NCBI GenBank assembly: GCA_963666275.2
Contig: CAXXOA010000002.1
Span: 160,001 to 224,000 of the forward strand
From: Oceanispirochaeta sp.
GTDB lineage: Bacteria > Spirochaetota > Spirochaetia > DSM-2461
Direction of reading: 5' to 3'
DNA length: 64,000 nucleotides
Shown here piece after piece: positions 10,762-20,154 of the stretch (position 1 is the first letter of the stretch; each line of letters opens with the position of its first letter). A program made the translations under genes and the position numbers. The notes beneath the pieces were generated by a model that did not search any database, had not been told where the DNA came from, and saw nothing but the letters and a program-made list of their open reading frames with translations.

Positions 10762-12060
10762 ATGAATCCCCAGGCCGAAGTGCTGAACAATGTACTGAAA
10801 AACCAGAACCCTGCCGTTTTTTCTCTTTTATCCAAACGCGGAAAAGAGATCTTTTTTCCTAAAAAAGGTCTTGTAATGCAGGGTCAGGATGCCAGCGGTA
10901 AAAGGATCAACGCATCTATAGGTATGGCTACCGAGGATGACGGTTCTCCTATCCGCTTATCAGCTCTGGAAAAACTTGTGAACATGTCTCCTGAAAAAGT
11001 ATTTCCCTATGCCCCCAGTTACGGCCTCATGGCCCTCAGGAAAACCTGGCGGGAAATCATCCGGAAAAAGAATCCGGCTTTAGAAAAAACAGAACTGACC
11101 CTCCCTGTTGTTACCAATGCCCTGACCCACGGCCTGAGTATGGCCGGATACCTTCTGATCGACGAAGGGGATGAAATTATCACACCCGAATACTACTGGG
11201 GTAACTACAACCTGGCGTTCTGCAATGCCTACGGGGCCAGAATGAGCTGCTATACCATGTACGATGGAGAGGGTTTCAACCTGGCCGGGCTGGAAGAGAA
11301 GCTTGACAGCCCGGGAGAAAAGAAAGTGGTTCTCCTCAACTTTCCCAACAACCCTACCGGATATACTCCCACAGAAGAGGAAATGCAGGGGATTGCAAAG
11401 ATTCTCAAAAAAGCAGCCGGAAAAGGGAAAAACATAGCCGTTCTGATCGACGATGCCTATTTTGGCCTTGTATACGAAGACGGAATTGCCAGAGAGTCCA
11501 TTTTTTCCCATCTGGCAGAACTGGATGAGAGGATTCTGGCTGTAAAAATCGACGGAGCCACCAAAGAGGACTATGTCTGGGGATTCCGGGTTGGTTTCGT
11601 AACCTTCTCCTGGAAAGGCATGACTGAATCGGCCGGCCAGACTCTGGTGGATAAAATTGCCGGGGCCGTCAGGGGAAATATCTCAAACGACAGCATTCTC
11701 TCCCAGAACCTCCTGCTTACAGCCTATGAGGATCCCTCCTACGAGGCAGACAAAGTGAATAAGTTCGAGCTTCTCAGAAGCCGGTACGATCTTGTCAGGA
11801 AAACCCTGGAAGCCCATAAGGAATACAGTGAGTATTTTGAAGCGATTCCTTTCAACTCAGGCTACTTTATGTGTGTGGAGATGAAGAAACAGGATGCCGA
11901 AGAGGTCAGACAGAAACTCCTCAAGGAGTATGATACCGGAATCATCGCTCTGGGAAATCTGATCAGGGTAGCCTATTCCTCTCTTCCTGCAAAATATATT
12001 GAGGAGCTTTTCGACAACCTCTTCAATGCCTGTAAAGATGTGGAAAGGGAAACAAAATAA
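10762..12060 (+). CDS. PLP-dependent aminotransferase class I/II
   Basis: NFPNNPTGY, DDAYFG, GATKE...GFRVG (PLP lysine region); GAGGAG RBS. Confidence 0.9.
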   Translation: MNPQAEVLNNVLKNQNPAVFSLLSKRGKEIFFPKKGLVMQGQDASGKRINASIGMATEDDGSPIRLSALEKLVNMSPEKVFPYAPSYGLMALRKTWREIIRKKNPALEKTELTLPVVTNALTHGLSMAGYLLIDEGDEIITPEYYWGNYNLAFCNAYGARMSCYTMYDGEGFNLAGLEEKLDSPGEKKVVLLNFPNNPTGYTPTEEEMQGIAKILKKAAGKGKNIAVLIDDAYFGLVYEDGIARESIFSHLAELDERILAVKIDGATKEDYVWGFRVGFVTFSWKGMTESAGQTLVDKIAGAVRGNISNDSILSQNLLLTAYEDPSYEADKVNKFELLRSRYDLVRKTLEAHKEYSEYFEAIPFNSGYFMCVEMKKQDAEEVRQKLLKEYDTGIIALGNLIRVAYSSLPAKYIEELFDNLFNACKDVERETK

Positions 12061-12119
12061 GGGATTCCCGCCCCTTTCTTCCCCCGGGAAGATAAAAATA
12101 CTAAAAATTAATAAGATTT

Positions 12120-12161
12120 AAAAAAGGGATAGTCTCCGCAGAGGGACTATCCCTTTTTTTT
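12120..12161. terminator. Bidirectional intrinsic terminator
   Basis: AAAAAGGGATAGTC...GACTATCCCTTTTT inverted repeat with A/T tails, between convergent genes. Confidence 0.85.
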
Positions 12162-12393
12162 ACTCCACCTGCAGGATCTCTGAACTCTTCAGGATAACAG
12201 CCAGGCCGAAAATCGAATCATCACTGATATAGTCCATATGCGGGGCCTTATCCATGACCCCCAGAGAGATATGCCAGGCCCGGATATGCTCCCAGGCTTC
12301 GGGAGGCATAATAACCTGTACAGGTTTCTCCCCCGCCTCCTGCAGAGACAGTTTCTGTCGGTAAATTTCAGCAACCAGCTCTTCCGCTCTCAT
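12160..12393 (-). CDS. Hypothetical protein (77 aa)
   Basis: ATG 3 nt after the TPR gene stop, AAGGA upstream; last gene of the minus-strand run; no recognisable motif. Confidence 0.65.
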   Translation of the reverse strand: MRAEELVAEIYRQKLSLQEAGEKPVQVIMPPEAWEHIRAWHISLGVMDKAPHMDYISDDSIFGLAVILKSSEILQVE

Positions 12394-12396
12394 ACA

Positions 12397-12927
12397 CTAT
12401 CCTTTTCCTGTCAGTTTTTCGTACTCCCGACGGGCCTCCCCGGCACCTTTCCGGTTTCCCAGAACATCAAAGGTATCGGCCAGATTGAACCAGGCATCCG
12501 CATTGCCGGGATCCAGGGTCACCGCCCTGCTGAAAAACTCCCGGGCCCGGGAATAATCCTCTGTTACAAAACGCAGAACCCCGAAACTGTTACAGAGCCG
12601 GGAAGTTTCTCCTCCCAGGGAGACCGCTTTATCAAAAGCCTCCTCCGCCCCGTTATAGTCTTTCAGTTCGTAGAGGGCAACGCCGGTTTCACACCAGTAG
12701 TCGGGATTGTCAGGATCCCCGCCGGTGGAATTTTTCAGACAGGAGAGAGCCTGTTCCGGCTCTCTCAGTTTCAGATATTCCAGAGCCAGATTGAAGGAGA
12801 TCACCGGATGGCGCGGGACGAGCTCAAGGGCCTGCAGAAAAAGTTCTGCCGCTTTGAGATGCTTTCCCTGCCGGGAGAAATCAATCCCCCGGTTTACAAG
12901 CTCTTCCGCCCGGGATCCCTGCTTCAT
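12397..12927 (-). CDS. Tetratricopeptide repeat protein
   Basis: Repeated TPR pattern (A...F.QALEL.P; YWCETGVALY; AVTLDPGNADAWFNLA); start overlaps the MFS stop. Confidence 0.88.
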   Translation of the reverse strand: MKQGSRAEELVNRGIDFSRQGKHLKAAELFLQALELVPRHPVISFNLALEYLKLREPEQALSCLKNSTGGDPDNPDYWCETGVALYELKDYNGAEEAFDKAVSLGGETSRLCNSFGVLRFVTEDYSRAREFFSRAVTLDPGNADAWFNLADTFDVLGNRKGAGEARREYEKLTGKG

Positions 12928-14204
12928 CAGACACCCTGGTCTTTCAATACCTTGCCGCTGTAGAGGAGAAGGACTCCTCCGATCAGGAACAGGATAACAA
13001 TGCCGCCGATCCCCACGCTGTAGGAACCTGTCATCTGTGTGGCAAATCCCAGGATAAAGGGCCCCAGGATAGCAGCGAATTTACCGAAGATATCAAAGAA
13101 TCCGAAAAACTCCCCTGCCTGATTGGGAGGGATCATGGCACTGTAGACAGACCGGGAAAGGGCCTGAATTCCCCCCTGACTGGTGGCTACCAGAAAAGAG
13201 ATCAGGATAAACATGGGGATAATCATACCCTGTCCCATAAAGGGCAGAAAAACAGCAATTGTGGAAATGACAAGATAGATGCCGATTCCCACAAAAAGCA
13301 TCGTCCTTCCCGAGGTCTTTTTTGCCAGGACCCCATAGAGGATAGCAAAGGGGAAGGCCACAATCTGAAGCCCCATCAGATCCAGAAGCAGGATGGTGGA
13401 GCTGATTCCCATCTTTGAACCGTAATCGGTGGCCATCTTGATAATGGTACCCACACCGTCAATATAGAAGAAGTAGGCCAGAAGAAAGATAAAGACCGCT
13501 TTGAATTTCCGGATATTCTGGAAAGTCTTCCAGATCCTTTTAAAAGAGTCCCGCAGGGGTCTGGGAGAGGGATCAATTCCGAATTTCTGTTTGACATTCT
13601 TCAGCATGGGGATGGAAAACCCCAGCCACCACAGAGCGGTGATCAGAAAGGCGATGCGGACCCCGTTGATATTCAGAGTGGACATATCCCCTTTGGCCAT
13701 AAGAAAGATAATCACAAGAGAAGCCACAAAGGGTATGGTGCTTCCTATGTAGCCCCAGGCGAAACCTTTGGTGGAAACCATATCCATCCTTTCCACTTCG
13801 GCCACATCCACAAGAAAGGCATCATAGAAGATATTGGTCCCTGTAAAACCAAGGGCTGTGAGGACGTAGAGAATAATCGCGGCCATCCAGGCTCCGGGCT
13901 GAATCAGGATCAGCAGGAGTGTGGAGAGGATGCCCATCATAAGGAAGGACCGGAAGTATTTCTTTTTCCTTCCCTTGTAGTCAGCCAGGGTTCCCAGCAG
14001 AGGAGCCATAATGGCGATCAGAAGAGCGTAGATACTGTTCCCATATCCCAGCACCGCGGTGGAAGCGGTATTGCTCAAACCTCCCTCACGGGCGATCTGT
14101 CCGAAAAAGAGAGGGAACACTGCGGTGGTAACCGTGATGGAGTAGGCGGAATTCGCCCAGTCGTACATGATCCAGCTGCGTTCCGACTTTGTCAATTTTG
14201 CCAT
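12927..14204 (-). CDS. MFS transporter (UMF1/Atg22-like)
   Basis: SWIMYDWANSAY, LGTLAD, FYDAFL, GGIQALSRS, EFFGFF...GKFAAILGP; about 12 hydrophobic segments. Confidence 0.88.
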   Translation of the reverse strand: MAKLTKSERSWIMYDWANSAYSITVTTAVFPLFFGQIAREGGLSNTASTAVLGYGNSIYALLIAIMAPLLGTLADYKGRKKKYFRSFLMMGILSTLLLILIQPGAWMAAIILYVLTALGFTGTNIFYDAFLVDVAEVERMDMVSTKGFAWGYIGSTIPFVASLVIIFLMAKGDMSTLNINGVRIAFLITALWWLGFSIPMLKNVKQKFGIDPSPRPLRDSFKRIWKTFQNIRKFKAVFIFLLAYFFYIDGVGTIIKMATDYGSKMGISSTILLLDLMGLQIVAFPFAILYGVLAKKTSGRTMLFVGIGIYLVISTIAVFLPFMGQGMIIPMFILISFLVATSQGGIQALSRSVYSAMIPPNQAGEFFGFFDIFGKFAAILGPFILGFATQMTGSYSVGIGGIVILFLIGGVLLLYSGKVLKDQGV

Positions 14205-14226
14205 TTTACCTGCCTTTTAACTCTGT

Positions 14227-16089
14227 TTAATTCCCGACCAGGGCCAGGGAAAACCAGGGGACATAAGTGATTAATATAACCATTACCAGTAGAACCAGTA
14301 AAAAAGGTATTACTCTTTTATATATCTTTACAAGGGGAGTTTCAAACCGATAGGACGCCAGAAAAAGATTCATCCCCACAGGCGGCGTCAGATACCCCAG
14401 CTGAAGGTTGGCCAGAAATATGATTCCCAGCTGAACCGGATGAACCTGAAACAGTTCCCCCATGGGGATTATCAGAGGAGCCACCACAAGGATAGCCGAA
14501 TAGATATCCATGAGACAGCCTGTCACGAGAAGGATCAGGTTCAGCATGATCAGAAAGACAACCCGGGAGTGTATATGCTGCTCCACAAAAGCCGTGAGGA
14601 TCATGGGAACCTGGGCATCCACGAGGTAGTAGGACAGCCCTTTGGCCGTAGCCAGGATCATCAGGACACCGCCTATGATAGGGAGGCTCCTGTCCATGGC
14701 CCGGAAAAGGCTGGTCCAGTTGAAATCCCTGTGAATAAAGCTCTGAAGGACAATGGAGTAGATAACAGCCACGGCGCCTGTTTCCACCAGTGTGGTAATC
14801 CCTCCGAAATACCCCGCCAGGATAATCACGGGCAGCAGCAGCTCTCCTGATGCAGCCCTGAGGGAGGAAAAGAATTCCCGCCACTGGAAGGTAAAACTGC
14901 TCCTTCGGCGGGCCCTCACACTGGCGACGACTCCCATAACAGAGAGCGCACTGACAAGAATGACCCCGGGAATGATGCCTCCCAGGAACATGTCGCGGAT
15001 GCTGATCTGGGCGGTCACACCGTACATGATGATGGGAAGGCTGGGCGGAAAAAGCAGACCGATGCTCCCCGAAGAGGTCAGCAGCCCCTGGGAAAAGGAC
15101 TCGGAATACTCACCCGAACTGGTCAGGATGTAGAGAAGAAGGGCTCCCAGAGCCAGGATTGTGACTCCCGAAGCGCCGGTGAAGGTTGTGAAAAAAGCTG
15201 ACACCAGGACAGCCATGATCGCCATTCCCCCGGGGACTCCCCCCATAAAGCTCTGGAAGAAACGGACCAGCCGCTCTCCGGCTTTGCTTTCGGAGAGAAT
15301 AAATCCTGTCAGGGTAAAGAGAGGGATCGCGGGAATACTGGAACTTGTCAGCAGGTTGTAGGCCTCATTGGGCAGAACCTCCAGGGACCCCCAGTCTTTA
15401 GAGAACAGAAAGAACGCTACCCCTCCGAGAAGGATAAAAATGGGAGTTCCTGTTATGGTGGACAGGGCAAGAACCAGAATCGCCGGAAAAGCGATGTAGT
15501 AGAATGTGTCAAAATAGAAGCTGCTCAGGGTATCCAGAAAAAGCGGGGGCATATCCATGACTGAATAGGACATATTCCCCACTGCGGGGATCGACAGAAA
15601 AAGACCGAAAAGGAGAGAGAGCAGCACCGTGACAATTCCCGTGCTCTTCTTTTTCCGGATGTAGAGAAACCGGACAGCCATCACCAGGAATCCCACTGGC
15701 ATGATCGCAATGACCAGGCGGATGGGAAGGATCCCCACGGTCTGCTCGGGATCGAAACCAATCATAAGGAATGAGAAGGAACTGACTGCCAGTCCCAGAG
15801 CGATTCCCGCTGAAAGGATTTTGACAAGGGAACGGAAGACGTTCCCGACCGGGCCTTTGAGTATTTCGCTCCCTGAAGTCAGGGAGAGGTGATTGTCCTC
15901 CCGGGAGGTGATCATTCCCGCCAGAAACGCTGTCCAGACAACTGCATTACGGATATACCCCTCCGAACCTGTCAGTCCGGATTTGAATATCAGCCTGGTA
16001 AAGATTTCCATGGTAGGCAGCAGAGCCAGGATGAGAAAAACGACTCCTGCTAATTTATCTTCAATATGATGATACCAGGATTTTCTCAT
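14227..16089 (-). CDS. TRAP transporter fused small/large permease (DctQM)
   Basis: N-terminal DctQ-like TMs; DctM motifs AIPLF, FTTFTGASG, GSIGLLFPPSLP, GYLTPPVGMNLF. Confidence 0.92.
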   Translation of the reverse strand: MRKSWYHHIEDKLAGVVFLILALLPTMEIFTRLIFKSGLTGSEGYIRNAVVWTAFLAGMITSREDNHLSLTSGSEILKGPVGNVFRSLVKILSAGIALGLAVSSFSFLMIGFDPEQTVGILPIRLVIAIMPVGFLVMAVRFLYIRKKKSTGIVTVLLSLLFGLFLSIPAVGNMSYSVMDMPPLFLDTLSSFYFDTFYYIAFPAILVLALSTITGTPIFILLGGVAFFLFSKDWGSLEVLPNEAYNLLTSSSIPAIPLFTLTGFILSESKAGERLVRFFQSFMGGVPGGMAIMAVLVSAFFTTFTGASGVTILALGALLLYILTSSGEYSESFSQGLLTSSGSIGLLFPPSLPIIMYGVTAQISIRDMFLGGIIPGVILVSALSVMGVVASVRARRRSSFTFQWREFFSSLRAASGELLLPVIILAGYFGGITTLVETGAVAVIYSIVLQSFIHRDFNWTSLFRAMDRSLPIIGGVLMILATAKGLSYYLVDAQVPMILTAFVEQHIHSRVVFLIMLNLILLVTGCLMDIYSAILVVAPLIIPMGELFQVHPVQLGIIFLANLQLGYLTPPVGMNLFLASYRFETPLVKIYKRVIPFLLVLLVMVILITYVPWFSLALVGN

Positions 16090-17087
16090 TGACCGGCTCT
16101 GAACTCTTCCAGACGGCGATTCACTTCATCGAAAATCTCCCGGGATACGGGTTTACCCGGGCCTACAATAAAACCGTAGCCCCCGGCGAACATCTCATGC
16201 CACTGGGCGACCTGGGAGTCCGTCAGAGTCAGTTCGTTCAGACCGTTCTGTCTCATCACATCCATGGCCTGTTCATTGAGTTTTTCCGCTTCCGTATAAA
16301 ACTCCCTTCCCGCTTCCTCCATGGACTGCTTCAGAGCCTCATGATACTGCCGGGGGATTTTACTCCAGGCCCTGTCTGAGATCACCACTCCTCCCACAAC
16401 GGGCATGACTTCCAGGGGATTCATATTCCGGGCCAGAGCAAACCACTGATAGGCGGCAGCCCCCATGGGAGCCGTATAGACCGTATCGATCATTCCGCTC
16501 TGCAGGCCCATGAGCGTATCATTCATAGAAAGGGGAACCACATTGAATCTCAGGGCTTTGAAAGCTTCAATCATATCCTGTTCACCCGTATCCACACCCA
16601 TTTTGGTTTTTCTTGCATCATCGGGAACATAGATCTCCCGGTTACTGAACAGATTGATCCAACCGGACTTGGACCACAGGAGGGGCTCAAATCCCTTCTC
16701 CTGAAAATCATCAGTCAGCATGGGAGTGATTTCCTCCAGAATGAAATCAAGTTCCTGATCATTGTGAATCAGGAAGGGGAGGCTGAAAACAAGGGAGTCC
16801 GAGACAATTTTATTCATTCCCACAATGGTCATAACCGCCGCATCGAGCTGACCGATCCGCATTTTCCTGACCATATCCTCTTCGGTTCCGGCAATGCCTC
16901 CGGGGTAAATTTTCAGAATGACCCTGCCGTCGGTGATCTCCTTCCAGTCCCGGGCAATCCGCTTGAGAGTCCTGTCCCATTCCGTCCCTTCGGGAAAAAG
17001 GCTTCCCATTTTAATAGTCAGTGCCGGGAGCGGAAGCAGCCCGACCATAAAAACAAGCAGAAACAGAAGATATATTTTCTTCGTCAT
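16086..17087 (-). CDS. TRAP substrate-binding protein DctP (TatP-type)
   Basis: Signal peptide MTKKIYLLF..., IKMGSLFPEGTEW, KIYPGGIAG.E.DMVRKMRIGQLDAA, LQSGMID; start moved to ATG 17087 (AAGGA RBS). Confidence 0.9.
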   Translation of the reverse strand: MTKKIYLLFLLVFMVGLLPLPALTIKMGSLFPEGTEWDRTLKRIARDWKEITDGRVILKIYPGGIAGTEEDMVRKMRIGQLDAAVMTIVGMNKIVSDSLVFSLPFLIHNDQELDFILEEITPMLTDDFQEKGFEPLLWSKSGWINLFSNREIYVPDDARKTKMGVDTGEQDMIEAFKALRFNVVPLSMNDTLMGLQSGMIDTVYTAPMGAAAYQWFALARNMNPLEVMPVVGGVVISDRAWSKIPRQYHEALKQSMEEAGREFYTEAEKLNEQAMDVMRQNGLNELTLTDSQVAQWHEMFAGGYGFIVGPGKPVSREIFDEVNRRLEEFRAGQ

Positions 17088-17100
17088 ATTCAGTTCCTTA

Positions 17101-18111
17101 TCAAAAGTCCAGGAGAAAAAAGTCTTCCCGATGGTCCAGATACCATCGGGCTTTGTCCTGCATGATAACAGCGACAAGTTCATTATCCGGATCCCCTGCG
17201 GGATCGATAGCCAATGCTGCCTGCAGCATTCTTTCAAAGGTCTCATAATCCTGTTTCATCACAGGAATACCGGTGGCATAGGAAACATAGGGCGAAGGAT
17301 TATTTCCCTCAGAAAGGGCAAGGGCTCTCTCCATATGGTAGAGGGCCCGCTCTTCCGCTGAGTCTCCGATACCGGCTTCTTTATAATATACAGCAGAAAA
17401 TGCTCCTGCCGTATGGGGAGTGGAAAGAAAAGCTTTGTCGATGATGCCCCCGGGGATGGATGACCAGACCGTAATAAGCAGATCGTGCACCCCTCCGTTT
17501 TCAAGGGTTTCATCCAGCTGGAGAGCATAAAACAGATAGGATACGGGTTTATATATGCCGCTTCCCAGCTCCATATCAAAAGGATTACAGGAAAAAGCTC
17601 CCAGCCAGGCGGCGCCTGTCCAGTAGAGATAGGGAGCCAGCTCCGGTCCGGTCTGCCGAAGAAGATCATCCGGATCCTCCGACAGAGGGTCCGAAGAGAG
17701 TTCCAGCTTCAGGGCCAGGCCTTCCGAAACGTAGTCCCGCCCGCGAAGATACATCTTCCTGGCTCTGTTCAGCATGATCTCCTGACTCTCCCATTCTTCA
17801 TCAGGGAGCATACCCGCAGGAGTCTGAATAAAGGCATTGGCATACATGATGAAGGATTTCCCCGCCGCCAGCTTCAGGGCGGGATCATCGGGATTCATCT
17901 CTATAAGCATTTCATACATCTTCAGAACAAAGGGAAGAGCATCTGCCACCAGCTGGGGATCATCGTCTCTGACAAAAGCTCCCGCTCCGTCATCAGAGGA
18001 CATCATCAGGGAGATTTTATCTACAACAATCTCATCCAGAGACCGGCAGGAGGCGAATAACAGCAGAGATCCGCAGAGTAGAGAAAGGGCGATTCCGGAA
18101 GGTCTATTCAT
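17101..18111 (-). CDS. TRAP transporter T-component lipoprotein (TatT-like)
   Basis: Lipobox LLFASC; DDDPQLVADALPF.LK.YE, YANAFIQ, RARKMYLRGRDY; immediately upstream of dctP-dctQM. Confidence 0.85.
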   Translation of the reverse strand: MNRPSGIALSLLCGSLLLFASCRSLDEIVVDKISLMMSSDDGAGAFVRDDDPQLVADALPFVLKMYEMLIEMNPDDPALKLAAGKSFIMYANAFIQTPAGMLPDEEWESQEIMLNRARKMYLRGRDYVSEGLALKLELSSDPLSEDPDDLLRQTGPELAPYLYWTGAAWLGAFSCNPFDMELGSGIYKPVSYLFYALQLDETLENGGVHDLLITVWSSIPGGIIDKAFLSTPHTAGAFSAVYYKEAGIGDSAEERALYHMERALALSEGNNPSPYVSYATGIPVMKQDYETFERMLQAALAIDPAGDPDNELVAVIMQDKARWYLDHREDFFLLDF

Positions 18112-18156
18112 TATTTCACAGTACAATGGATAGGAAGCTTATACAAGGAATAAAGA

Positions 18157-19239
18157 TTAGAATTCCGTGAGGATTGGATAGGCCTGATCAAGAATTTTTC
18201 TGTAGACGCTGGGAGTGGGAAAATCCCCGAGTTTTTCAATATCCACCCATTGGACTTCCGCGCTGTTTTCCAGCGGAAAGACGGCAGCAGGGATGTCCCG
18301 GTCCGGTTTAACCTGGTAAATTTCCGTATGAAGCCAGTCTTTCCAGGTAGTATACAGGTGCACCGTATCCTGAAGGACTCCCGCTTCCCCGGCATTTTCC
18401 GACAGAATGCCCCTGATCTTTTCCGCCTGGGAAATCTCCGCTCCCGGCAGAAACCACAGGCCCTGACCGATCCCCCGGGAGCGTCTGTAGAGAAGGATCT
18501 CCCGTCCCTTCAGCAGAAGGAAGAGGACTGTATGCTTCTCTTTGATCTGCCGCTTTTTCCTGGCCGGAATGAATGTTTCCAAGCCTTCAAGCCGGGCCCG
18601 GCAGACCTCCTGCAGAGAGCATTCATCACAGCGGGGAATTCCAGTCCGGCAGACCTGCTGCCCCAGCTGCATCAGAGCGGCATTGAATTTCCCGGGGGAT
18701 TCGGGAGGGATGATTCCGTCCAGCAGTTCAAGGAGTTCCCTGTCCAGGGCGGGACTCCATTCGGAAAAGGCGGTGAGACGCTGACCGATCCGGCGGACAT
18801 TGGCATCCAGAACAGGATAGGGCTTCCCCAGAGCCAGACTCAGGACAGCCCGGGCAGTATAGTCCCCGATTCCGGGAACCTTCAGGAGTTCTCCGTAGCT
18901 ATCGGGAAGGGATCCCCCGCAGGACTCCATCAGATACCGGGCTCCCTTATGAAGATTCCTGGCTCTGGAGTAGTACCCCAGTCCCTCCCAGGCCTTGAGA
19001 ACCTCCTGCTCCTCTGCCGCAGCCAGAGCAGGGATATCGGGAAAAAGGAGCATCCAGCGCCTGAAGTGCTCCACCGCAGCGGTAACAACAGTCTGCTGCA
19101 GCATCACCTCTGAGATCCAGACCCTGTAGGCTGTGGGATTGTCCCCCCAGGGATAGTCTATGCCGCTTTCGTCCAGCCAGGAGAGAAGGCTTTCAATATG
19201 AGAAGATTTCAGAGGCAGAGAGAGTACAGGATCAGCCAA
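18157..19239 (-). CDS. mutY: A/G-specific adenine DNA glycosylase
   Basis: YRVWISEVMLQQT, WEGLGYYSRARNL, HhH VPGIGDYTA, VLDANVRR, Fe-S motif C-x6-C-x2-C-x5-C. Probable TTG start at 19239 overlapping the rluA stop. Confidence 0.9.
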   Translation of the reverse strand: MADPVLSLPLKSSHIESLLSWLDESGIDYPWGDNPTAYRVWISEVMLQQTVVTAAVEHFRRWMLLFPDIPALAAAEEQEVLKAWEGLGYYSRARNLHKGARYLMESCGGSLPDSYGELLKVPGIGDYTARAVLSLALGKPYPVLDANVRRIGQRLTAFSEWSPALDRELLELLDGIIPPESPGKFNAALMQLGQQVCRTGIPRCDECSLQEVCRARLEGLETFIPARKKRQIKEKHTVLFLLLKGREILLYRRSRGIGQGLWFLPGAEISQAEKIRGILSENAGEAGVLQDTVHLYTTWKDWLHTEIYQVKPDRDIPAAVFPLENSAEVQWVDIEKLGDFPTPSVYRKILDQAYPILTEF

Positions 19240-19939
19240 GAGACAGGGCCTCTCTCTCCAGATCGGCCCAGAGGGTATCACCCGGAGGTACCGGTGCTGT
19301 AATCTCCACAGGGGTGTTTTTGACAGGGTGCAGAAACTGCACATGCCTGGCATGCAGATGGATGCCTCCTCCCGGATTGGACCGGGGGGCTCCGTACTTG
19401 AGATCTCCCTTCACCGGCCATCCCCGGGAACTCAGCTGAACCCGGATCTGGTGATGCCTTCCTGTATGAAGGTCCACTTCAACCAGTGCATAGCGTCCTG
19501 TATGATACAGGAGCCTGTAGGAAAGGACGGCCTTCTTGCTGTCCCCTTTTCCCTGGGAGGTGGTATAGGACTTGTTCTGCTTCCGGTCCCGTCTGAGCCA
19601 GTCGGTCAGGGTGTCTTCCTTTTTATCCGGACAGCCGCAGAGCACGGCCCAGTAGGTTTTGTGGATATCCCCCTTGCGGAAAAGCTCATTCATCCGGCTC
19701 AGGGCTTTGGAGGTTTTGGCAAAGATCACAATACCGCTGGTGGGCCGGTCCAGCCTGTGGGGAATTCCCATAAAAACATTTCCCGGCTTGTTATCCCGGT
19801 CTTTGATAAACTCTTTGACCGTATCACAGAGTGAGATGTCTCCGGTCTTATCTCCCTGAACGATTTCAGACGACTCTTTATTGATGATAATCAGATGGTT
19901 ATCCTCATAGAGGATTCTCTGAGAAATAGGCTGATCCAT
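19232..19939 (-). CDS. RluA family RNA pseudouridine synthase
   Basis: ILYEDNHLIIINK, catalytic HRLDRPTSG, TGRHHQIRVQL, GDLKYG, LHAR. Confidence 0.95.
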   Translation of the reverse strand: MDQPISQRILYEDNHLIIINKESSEIVQGDKTGDISLCDTVKEFIKDRDNKPGNVFMGIPHRLDRPTSGIVIFAKTSKALSRMNELFRKGDIHKTYWAVLCGCPDKKEDTLTDWLRRDRKQNKSYTTSQGKGDSKKAVLSYRLLYHTGRYALVEVDLHTGRHHQIRVQLSSRGWPVKGDLKYGAPRSNPGGGIHLHARHVQFLHPVKNTPVEITAPVPPGDTLWADLEREALSLG

Positions 19940-20154
19940 AGGCCCCTACCCTAGCATAGAGCGGGGGATTTGTCTGTATGGGATCCTGCGGAGAAAAAAT
20001 ATTTTCAAAAACAGGGAATTTTAATAGTGAAAAAAATATCGATTGGGTGTAGTATAGGACTCGCACCGATCTGACCGGCAGGTTCTGACTTCCCGGAAGG
20101 ATACTTTTTTACAGACGGATGGGGAAGAAAATTCTGACCCGAAGGAGACAAATC

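Noticed and set aside
16086..19353. Apparent long overlaps among dctP/tatT and mutY/rluA, and between recB and recC
   Set aside because: Artefacts of longest-ORF starts. Downstream starts with RBSs (17087, 18111, 19239, 28467) remove or shrink them.
20025..20042. Rex-like operator upstream of hydG (TAGTGAA...)
   Set aside because: Only the left half resembles TTGTGAA-N4-TTCACAA, which is too weak to call.
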